Of a stretch of 32,000 nucleotides of DNA, positions 8,763 through 15,715 are shown piece by piece. This stretch comes from Candidatus Scalindua sp. Lineage in GTDB: Bacteria > Planctomycetota > Brocadiia > Brocadiales > Scalinduaceae. Below the pieces are notes generated by a model, which made no database searches, was not told the DNA's origin, and saw nothing but the letters and a program-made list of their open reading frames with translations. The stretch's first letter is position 1; each line of letters starts with the position of its first letter. The position numbers were made by a program, and so were the translations under genes. The stretch is from NCBI GenBank assembly GCA_021776915.1, contig JAIQZU010000039.1:89720-121719 (forward strand), written 5' to 3'.

Positions 8763-8813
8763 TCTAGCTGTTATATATCTGTCACATCTAATCCATACCA
8801 TTAAGAGGACAGA

Positions 8814-9638
8814 ATGCGCAGTATTGCGTTCATAAATCAAAAGGGCGGAGTAGGAAAAACAACCTCGACTGCAAACGTTGGGGCATGCCTGGCTACGCTT
8901 GGCAAAAAGGTGCTGATGATTGATCTCGATCCTCAAGGCAACATGAGTATGCACCTTGGTGTCGACGTCCATGGAAAAGATTCCTCTATTTACCAACTAA
9001 TAACCGGCAAGAAGGAAGCTACTGAAATATTAACAAAAACAGCAATAAGCGGTCTGGACATAATCCCTTCTGATATCGATCTTGCGAGTGCAGAGATAGA
9101 ACTTGTTAACACAGTAGGGCGTGAAACTATCGTCAAATTTTATCTCGACAAATTGTTAAATAAATATGATTATGTTTTAATTGATTGCCCACCCTCTTTA
9201 GGACTTCTCACACTGAATGCACTCACTGTAGCCAACGAAATATTCGTTCCTTTACAAACTGAGTTTTTCGCCTTACAGGGTGTAAGCAAATTATTACAAA
9301 CATTCGATGTTATAAAGAAGAGGCTGAATAGTTCTTTAGAAATTACAGGAATAATACCCTGTATGTACGATAGCAGAACAAAATTAGGAATTGCAGTGCT
9401 TGACAAGATCAAGGAATACTTTGAGGACAAGGTATTTACCAGCATAATCAGAAAGAATATTAAGCTTTCTGAAGCACCAAGTCATGGCATGCCAATTATA
9501 ACATATGCTCCGGATTCTAATGGAGCACAAGATTATATGGCTTTAACTAAGGAAGTAATTGCTCAAGAGAAGAATATGCTTAAAGGGGTAAAAGCAAAAA
9601 AGCAGAAAACAGAGATTAGAGAGCATGCTTTTCTGTAA
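8814..9638 (+). CDS. parA: ParA/Soj-family (deviant Walker A) ATPase, orphan with no parB
   Basis: IAFINQK10GGVGKTT deviant Walker A, LMIDLDPQGN, VLIDCPPSLG. Lys-rich C-terminal tail. Confidence 0.9.
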   Translation: MRSIAFINQKGGVGKTTSTANVGACLATLGKKVLMIDLDPQGNMSMHLGVDVHGKDSSIYQLITGKKEATEILTKTAISGLDIIPSDIDLASAEIELVNTVGRETIVKFYLDKLLNKYDYVLIDCPPSLGLLTLNALTVANEIFVPLQTEFFALQGVSKLLQTFDVIKKRLNSSLEITGIIPCMYDSRTKLGIAVLDKIKEYFEDKVFTSIIRKNIKLSEAPSHGMPIITYAPDSNGAQDYMALTKEVIAQEKNMLKGVKAKKQKTEIREHAFL

Positions 9639-9735
9639 TACAACTCAAGATTCTTAATTAAACTGAGCCTAACCTTATTTGTCACTTTTTAGATTATAAA
9701 ATCTCGGTAACGCTCACTCTTTAAAGGGAGGTTTT

Positions 9736-10233
9736 ATGCGAAAGAAAAATGTACTTGGGACGGATCCCCTTAGCTGGCTGAAAGGAAAGAATAAACAGGA
9801 AAGTCAGATAGAAAATCCATCAGAGCTAAATAATGATAATGAATCAAATATCGAAAGTGAAATACAGGAAGAAATTGCTTATGAACCAGACAGCATAACA
9901 AAGTCGTATCAAGACGATGAATTAAACTTAAAGAATGAAACACTGGAAGATAGAACCTATGAACCCAGTGACGTAACAGAGGCGTATCGAAGGTCTATTC
10001 TGGGAGAGAAGGCATATGGTTTTCATGTTAAGAAGCCGCACGAAACAACACAAAAAGAGAGTCCCGCAACTGCCTTTGTGATTGTTTACACTATATTATT
10101 GTTGATTCTTGGTTTCATAGTCTATAGAGACCTGACAAAACAAATTGACAATCTGAACACAAAACTGGCAAGTATAGAAAAACAGGTTGACTCCGGCTTT
10201 ATAAACTATGAAGAGACAAATGATGTATGGTAA
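9736..10233 (+). CDS. hypothetical ParA-adjacent protein: basic N-terminal peptide, acidic repeat region, one TM helix, C-terminal coiled-coil-like tail
   Basis: GGGAGG SD. N-terminus MRKKNVLGTDPLSWLKGKNK. Duplicated YEPDSITKSY / YEPSDVTEAY. TM helix ATAFVIVYTILLLILGFIVY. No ParB HTH or CTPase motifs. Confidence 0.6.
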   Translation: MRKKNVLGTDPLSWLKGKNKQESQIENPSELNNDNESNIESEIQEEIAYEPDSITKSYQDDELNLKNETLEDRTYEPSDVTEAYRRSILGEKAYGFHVKKPHETTQKESPATAFVIVYTILLLILGFIVYRDLTKQIDNLNTKLASIEKQVDSGFINYEETNDVW

Positions 10234-10472
10234 TTCTTAAACAATCAGTTGCAGATATGTTTATTGCGCACCATGACTCTCTATAGTAGAGTTTCCCATA
10301 TTCAATATTTACTCCCCACTATAAGAAAAACCACCAAAGAGCTTTCCTGTATATTCTTTTTGTACACAAATTCTTTTTTTTGTTTAGTCACTAAACAGAC
10401 AATCTGGTTTCCTGGATTTCCTGGGATGAACCCTACTGAGGAGTTTCGGGGTGTCTATCTATTAAACAACAC

Positions 10473-11498
10473 TCATTTATGAGGCTCAATAATCACTTTT
10501 ACTGATTCTTTGGCGTCAGTAACGAGTTTAAAACCACGTTCAGTCTCTGCCAATCCTAAACGATGAGTAATCATATCTTGTACCGGCACACGATTAGAAC
10601 TAATCAGTCTTATCGCCACATCTATATCAATAGGGCTGGCGCCGTATGTGGGCATTAAGGTTATACAATCACGCCAGAAATCATTGAACGGAACAGGGAG
10701 TTCAACATCAGGGCCTCCGGGAGCAAAGAACAGGACAGTACCTCCACGGCCAACAGATTTAAGCGCTGTTTTTAAGGCAGGAACGGCTCCCGTAGTAGCA
10801 ATCACACGATCAGCAAGCCTGTTACCATTTAACTTGAGCAGATGCGAAGGAAGATCATCATGAGCAGATATAACAGAGTCGGCGCCAAGCTTTCCTGCCA
10901 TGTCCATGCGATATTCACTTATGTCCGTCGCAATTATCTTTCCCGCTCCTGATGCTCGAGCAAGTAATATGTGGAGAAGGCCGGAAATTCCACTGCCAAT
11001 AACTACTACAGTCTGGCCGGGCTCTATGCGTGCTAATCTCTGCCCGCGAACCACACAGGCCAGTGGTTCGATTAATGTCCCGTCTTCCAGCGACATATTA
11101 TCAGGAAGTATAAATACTCCCCTGTCTACATTGATCTCCGGTACCCGTACATATTCAGCAAAGCCACCGGGATCAAAATTCGTGCTACGCAATGTATCAC
11201 AAACAGTATGGTTGCCATTTAAGCAATAATGACAGGTGTTGCATGGCACATGATGAGAAACGAATACCCTGTCACCTTTTTTGAATCGATTGACACCTTC
11301 TCCAATTTCTACGATTTCACCGGTAGCCTCATGACCAAGTACAAGCGGCGCCTTGTGAATACGATACCACTCCATTACATCACTGCCGCAGATGCCGCAG
11401 GCCAGCGATTTCAATAATACCTCACCAGCGCCAACCTGTGGAGTCGGCATTTCCTCCACCCTTATGTCATGATTGTTGTAATACATTGCTACGCGCAT
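10473..11498 (-). CDS. zinc-dependent alcohol/polyol dehydrogenase (MDR superfamily)
   Basis: GICGSDV, GHEATGEIVEIGEGV, structural zinc loop CNTCHYCLNGNHTVC, NAD-binding VIGSGISGL. Confidence 0.85.
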   Translation of the reverse strand: MRVAMYYNNHDIRVEEMPTPQVGAGEVLLKSLACGICGSDVMEWYRIHKAPLVLGHEATGEIVEIGEGVNRFKKGDRVFVSHHVPCNTCHYCLNGNHTVCDTLRSTNFDPGGFAEYVRVPEINVDRGVFILPDNMSLEDGTLIEPLACVVRGQRLARIEPGQTVVVIGSGISGLLHILLARASGAGKIIATDISEYRMDMAGKLGADSVISAHDDLPSHLLKLNGNRLADRVIATTGAVPALKTALKSVGRGGTVLFFAPGGPDVELPVPFNDFWRDCITLMPTYGASPIDIDVAIRLISSNRVPVQDMITHRLGLAETERGFKLVTDAKESVKVIIEPHK

Positions 11499-11506
11499 TT
11501 TCTAAG

Positions 11507-12295
11507 TTACCCGTTCTTTGTGCCATTGAATATATCGTTGGCCTCATTGGCAGTTGCATTCTTATGGATAATGGCATGCAGTGCCTTGGCCATGGCAACC
11601 GGATGCTCATGCTGCCAGATATTCCTACCAAGATTTAACCCTATAGCCCCCTTCTGCATACCATCATGAACAAATTCAAATACAGGCAATTCTGTATCAA
11701 ACTTCGGCCCACCTGCTATAACTACGGGCACAGGGCAACCCTCAGTAACCTTATCAAAATCTTCACACCAGTATGTTTTTACCACCTTGGCGCCTATTTC
11801 TGCAGCGATACGGCAGCACAATCCCAGATACTTGGCGTCCCGTTTCTCCAGCTCCTTACCAACGGCTGTAACCGCCATTACGGGAATTCCGTATTCTTCA
11901 CATTCATCCACTAGTTTTCCAAGATTCAACAATGTCTGTCTCTCATAATCGCTGCCAATAAAGACAGATATGCCCACCCCTGCAACATTGAGACGAACAG
12001 CATCTTTTATAGCAGTAGTAAGCCCTTCATTTGCAAGGTCTCCTCCAACTATACTGGTGCCACCTGATACCCTGAGAATGATGGGTTTGCTGCCAACCGG
12101 GTCTATGGCGGCACGCAAAACCCCCCTTGTACAAAAAAGTGCATCACAATACTCAATAATCGGCTTAATGGTCTCGCCCGGTTTCTCAAGTTTGCTTGTA
12201 GGTCCCAGGAAATATCCATGGTCTATCGGCATAAACATGCATTTGCCATCAGTCCCCATCAGCGATGACAACCTGTTTTTCATTCCCCAATCCAT
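11507..12295 (-). CDS. class I aldolase of the DhnA / LsrF / ADH-synthase (AroA') family
   Basis: MFMPIDHGYFLGP, GAKVVKTYW (Schiff-base Lys context), GLNLGRNIWQ. GGAGGTG SD. The stop lies 8 bp before the ADH start. Confidence 0.8.
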   Translation of the reverse strand: MDWGMKNRLSSLMGTDGKCMFMPIDHGYFLGPTSKLEKPGETIKPIIEYCDALFCTRGVLRAAIDPVGSKPIILRVSGGTSIVGGDLANEGLTTAIKDAVRLNVAGVGISVFIGSDYERQTLLNLGKLVDECEEYGIPVMAVTAVGKELEKRDAKYLGLCCRIAAEIGAKVVKTYWCEDFDKVTEGCPVPVVIAGGPKFDTELPVFEFVHDGMQKGAIGLNLGRNIWQHEHPVAMAKALHAIIHKNATANEANDIFNGTKNG

Positions 12296-12365
12296 TTCTT
12301 ACACCTCCTCTGTTTAACTGTTATATCGTTTAATTCTTCAGAACAGTCCAAAATCCTATCACATT

Positions 12366-12584
12366 TCAAGCAGGTTCGTCAGGCATGATTATTAAATAAC
12401 CTTTATTTATTAACCAGTGATGAAATTCATAAGTTGTATGAATGCATTCATTTTTACATATTGCCCTTATTCTTTCGTATTCTTCTGAACCATCCTCCTG
12501 AGCATCAAGATCAAGCTGCACCGGACACTTAATATCCTTGCAATATTCCCTGCGTTTATAATCAATATACCCTTCGATTGACAT
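12366..12584 (-). CDS. hypothetical small Cys-rich protein (72 aa)
   Basis: CKDIKC...CKNEC (CX4C...CX3C). Same strand as the aldolase and 70 bp upstream of it. Confidence 0.45.
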   Translation of the reverse strand: MSIEGYIDYKRREYCKDIKCPVQLDLDAQEDGSEEYERIRAICKNECIHTTYEFHHWLINKGYLIIMPDEPA

Positions 12585-12936
12585 CAGCTTTTCCCCATTT
12601 ATCAGATAATGAAATATAACAAAAATGTTGTATTGAGCAGTATTTACTTTAATGAAGGTTTCACCACAAATATCACCTGCCCCATTACAATTGGAGGAAT
12701 CATAAAAGATTCAATTTATTATGTCAACGGAAAATGGCAATATGAAATAAAAGGCTTAAAGTTTCCCTGCTTCAGGGTATAAATTTTGCTCTATCATAGA
12801 ATCATATTCTGCTATTTAACCTGAATTTATTATCTTATAAAGATACTTATATGTATTAAGACTACACTTATTCTCTTACAATAACAACATAACATCACAA
12901 TCTAATTATACTTAACTCAATTACGGAGGATTTAAA

Positions 12937-13458
12937 ATGAGTCGCTTATTATTCAAAAGAACATTATTATTGGCTTTGTTAAACATTGCAATAGTGATTG
13001 CTTTTGCAACATTTGTGCAAAAAAATGTTCTGGCTGGGAAAAATGTGCATTCATTTTATCTGCCCAGCATTCTCAAGGAAGGTACTGACGTACAGCCCAG
13101 GGAAATTTTATTCATCGCAAAATATCCGGGTGATATTGAGGTTGACGCTTCGTGGGAACCCGGTGAAAGAGAACTAACCATAACAATATATGATCAGGAT
13201 GGAAAGCCCCTTGTAAGCAAAAAAGCCGAGAGCCCTGTTCATCTTGTTTACACATATACTCAAGAGCATTTTAAAAAAACCAGATTACTTGGTAATTCCT
13301 TCGGGGTTGAGATTTCACAATCTCCTTTTAAGACTATAAACGGAAGTGTAAAAATCATTACACCCGATAAAAAAGTAATAGAAGAGGATGATTCAATCAA
13401 CATTCGCGGCCCGTACGGAACCTTCATCGAAGGAGAAAAAGAAGATTCAGAGAACTGA
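12937..13458 (+). CDS. hypothetical secreted protein
   Basis: Signal-like N-terminus LLLALLNIAIVIAFATFVQKNVLA. GGAGG SD 8 nt upstream of the ATG. Confidence 0.6.
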   Translation: MSRLLFKRTLLLALLNIAIVIAFATFVQKNVLAGKNVHSFYLPSILKEGTDVQPREILFIAKYPGDIEVDASWEPGERELTITIYDQDGKPLVSKKAESPVHLVYTYTQEHFKKTRLLGNSFGVEISQSPFKTINGSVKIITPDKKVIEEDDSINIRGPYGTFIEGEKEDSEN

Positions 13459-13498
13459 ATCTCCAGGAATCCGCCAGTCTCTCCTTGCTCTTGTAGTA

Positions 13499-13568
13499 CA
13501 CAAGCTCCACCCTTTTTTTGTTCCCAAGCTCAACCATTTCCTCGTTCCCAAGCTCCAGCCTGGGAACG
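13499..13568. repeat. REP-like palindromic element cluster (GTTCCCAAGCTC x2, CAAGCTC x3, hairpin CGTTCCCA-n10-TGGGAACG) between convergent genes
   Basis: GTTCCCAAGCTC at 13520-13531 and 13544-13555. CAAGCTCCA at 13501-13509 and 13549-13557. Inverted repeat 13543-13550 / 13561-13568. It generates the spurious LGNE/PKLQPGN ORFs in the track. Confidence 0.6.
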
Positions 13569-13578
13569 CTAATTATAC

Positions 13579-14493
13579 TTAGCTCCTGGCAACAAACTCT
13601 TCCTGACTGACCGAACGAAAAAATCTGCTCCTTTCTTTCCTGCCTTTCGGCGGCAGACCTTGAGGAACCGGACACTGTCTTAAGGCTTCGTCACATTGAC
13701 CGCACACCGGAAAAGGCATAGAGTTTTTCAAGGCCCTCCTTTTCATTTCGGCTATAACAGAAACATCATCATTTGCCAGATTCCCGATTCGTGTAGCGCC
13801 GGTCAGGTCATGGCAGCATGCCAGCGCCTCCCCTTCCCATGTTACAAAGGTATGGAACTGAAAAAGGCTGCATATTCCGGATTCAAGTCCAATGGATCGA
13901 GGTGCATATATTTCCTGCAATCTTAGATTTCCACCCCGTCCGTGACATACTGTCATACTGGAGCCTACACCTCGCTCCTTCCAGAAACTGACATATTCTT
14001 CCTGTTCTCCACTATTGATATCAGTAATTATACCAGTAACCCTCAAGCCCACATTTCCCCTGGCAATATCTATTAATTCAAGAGTCCTCTTTAATGCGTC
14101 CTCATAAGACACATTTGGGCATAACTTCTCAAAGACACTTTTTCGCAGGCTTGGAAAAGAAAGTGTAATGGAATTGGGACTGGACTCGACAAGCCTTTGA
14201 GAAATATTTCTATTTAATGATGCAGGGTTTATCACGATCCCCACATCACCATCTTTCCTGCGGATGTCGTAAATCCATTCAAAAACCTTCTGGTGTGATA
14301 GAGGATCACCCATGCCAGAGAATGTAATAAGGCTTCCTTCACTGACAAGTTTATCCGTGACTGCCTTGAATACGTTTTCAGACATAAAACCCTCAGGCCT
14401 TGTTATAGCTTCGCGTGGACACATGAGGCAACCGGTACTGCACCGGTTGGTGAGCTCCATGTCTATGGATACAAACGCCCAGTCAGACGGCAT
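13579..14493 (-). CDS. radical SAM protein with C-terminal Cys-rich SPASM/twitch-like extension
   Basis: C18-STG-C22-LM-C25 (TNRCSTGCLMCPRE), FSGMGDPL. C-terminal ACCHD...GNL and CGQCDEALRQC. Start chosen at ATG 14493 behind GGAAGGAG; the longer track ORF (to 14673) overlaps the upstream gene by 190 bp. Confidence 0.8.
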   Translation of the reverse strand: MPSDWAFVSIDMELTNRCSTGCLMCPREAITRPEGFMSENVFKAVTDKLVSEGSLITFSGMGDPLSHQKVFEWIYDIRRKDGDVGIVINPASLNRNISQRLVESSPNSITLSFPSLRKSVFEKLCPNVSYEDALKRTLELIDIARGNVGLRVTGIITDINSGEQEEYVSFWKERGVGSSMTVCHGRGGNLRLQEIYAPRSIGLESGICSLFQFHTFVTWEGEALACCHDLTGATRIGNLANDDVSVIAEMKRRALKNSMPFPVCGQCDEALRQCPVPQGLPPKGRKERSRFFRSVSQEEFVARS

Positions 14494-15586
14494 CCTGCTT
14501 CTCCTTCCTGACTGCCTCCAGCCATGCAGTGCCAAAGCGTTTATCCGGTTCCAGATAATGGCCTTCACTCCACTCGTTCCATGACGCAATGAAGGAGAGT
14601 TGAGGTTTGTTGAATTTTCTTGTGTAGCTGATTGCACGGCCAAGAAAATCTGAAAAGAGTGCGGGGTCTTCATTTACAACAACAGGCCACCAGGGATAAC
14701 GCTCCTGTTTGTGGTATCCGTTTACGGCAGCCCGCGGTGTGGCGTCCCATCCTGGTGACACCGATGGAAAGTAAGCAAGCCCGGACTTATCAGCAAAACC
14801 TTCCCACTCTCTGCTTCGCTTTTTGACCAGTTTACCATAGTCCTGCTGGTATTCACCCTTCCAGTCAGGAAGCCAGACGTAGTGGCTTATGCTGTCAAAT
14901 CCAGACCTCTTGAACTCAGCAATCATAGAAGGCGCCGGATTGATGGCCATAAGATGAAGGCCGGGATATCCTCTCTTAATAAGATAGTCCTTAGCTTTGT
15001 AGATTGCCAGTGACGCCAGACTCGGCCCCAACTGCCGAAGGAAGAAGGTGCTGTCAAAGATAGAGAACAGGGGCATGCCATCTATGCGCAGGTAATTTGA
15101 TCTTGAAAAGTACCTTTCCTCAAGAAATCTTATCAACTCCACAAAATCATCAGGGTCGGTGTATACAAGCCTGCCTGGACCAATATCAGGGGCGGGTCGG
15201 TGTTTTACCGGAAGGACTCCACGGGGCATACGGTTTGCCCACATGAGAGAGAAAGGAAAATCATCGCCGCCATCTTTGCCTAGAAATCCATTATCAAGGG
15301 CCGCATCGAAAACACGTTTTCCCCGTGACCAGAAAAACCCGTACACAAAGAAATCCACACCGTATTCTCTGGCAAGCCCTACCTGTTTCTGTGCGGTAGA
15401 AGGAACTGAATCATCGTACGTCCCACCAACAGGGAGGCGTGGTTGATTATGACCTGGAAAACGGGACGGAGCATTCAAAACAAGGTCCCACTCACTCCAA
15501 CCCGGCTGAAAGTTACTGTCCCGTTCAACACAGGCATGCCAGCCCGGATAAACATATGCGCCAATCTTTGCATTCTCATTTGACAT
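14483..15586 (-). CDS. glycoside hydrolase family 99-like / WbsX-family glycan-processing protein
   Basis: Pattern GWSEW..V..AP.RFPGHNQPRLP...YDD, AREYGVDFFVY..FWS.GKR, DFPFSLMWAN, typical of the WbsX (GH99-like) family as recalled. The stop overlaps the radical SAM start by 11 bp. Confidence 0.75.
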   Translation of the reverse strand: MSNENAKIGAYVYPGWHACVERDSNFQPGWSEWDLVLNAPSRFPGHNQPRLPVGGTYDDSVPSTAQKQVGLAREYGVDFFVYGFFWSRGKRVFDAALDNGFLGKDGGDDFPFSLMWANRMPRGVLPVKHRPAPDIGPGRLVYTDPDDFVELIRFLEERYFSRSNYLRIDGMPLFSIFDSTFFLRQLGPSLASLAIYKAKDYLIKRGYPGLHLMAINPAPSMIAEFKRSGFDSISHYVWLPDWKGEYQQDYGKLVKKRSREWEGFADKSGLAYFPSVSPGWDATPRAAVNGYHKQERYPWWPVVVNEDPALFSDFLGRAISYTRKFNKPQLSFIASWNEWSEGHYLEPDKRFGTAWLEAVRKEKQDAV

Positions 15587-15715
15587 TTAATAATCAATTT
15601 TCTTTTTTATAAAAATTTAGTAAAACATCATGTGTTGGATGGTGAGATATTCATGGTAAAAGAAAGGAACAAGAACAAATTTGTCATTTTAAAAGATTTG
15701 AACTCCTGCCTCTAT

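Noticed and set aside
8742-8996. 84-aa minus-strand ORF spanning the parA promoter and start
   Set aside because: It lies antisense to the Walker-A-encoding 5' end of parA and covers its promoter. No RBS or motif.
10249-10482. 77-aa plus-strand ORF in the gap between convergent genes, containing a 17-bp palindrome TGTTTAGTCACTAAACA (10381-10397) and tandem TTTCCTGG(A/G) (10408-10424)
   Set aside because: The ORF has no RBS, low-complexity composition and overlaps the ADH stop. The palindrome and 9-bp tandem are real sequence features, but they are short and single-copy with no adjacent promoter, so they are too weak to interpret.
13388-13675. Two overlapping ORFs (64 and 83 aa) across the REP-like element
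   Set aside because: Their sequences (PKLQPGN, LGNEEMVELGNKK) are translations of the palindromic repeat itself, so they are artefacts.
14494-14673. N-terminal 60-codon extension of the radical SAM ORF (track start 14673)
   Set aside because: It would overlap the WbsX-like gene by 190 bp. The internal ATG at 14493 has a strong GGAAGGAG RBS and lies just before the CX3CX2C motif.
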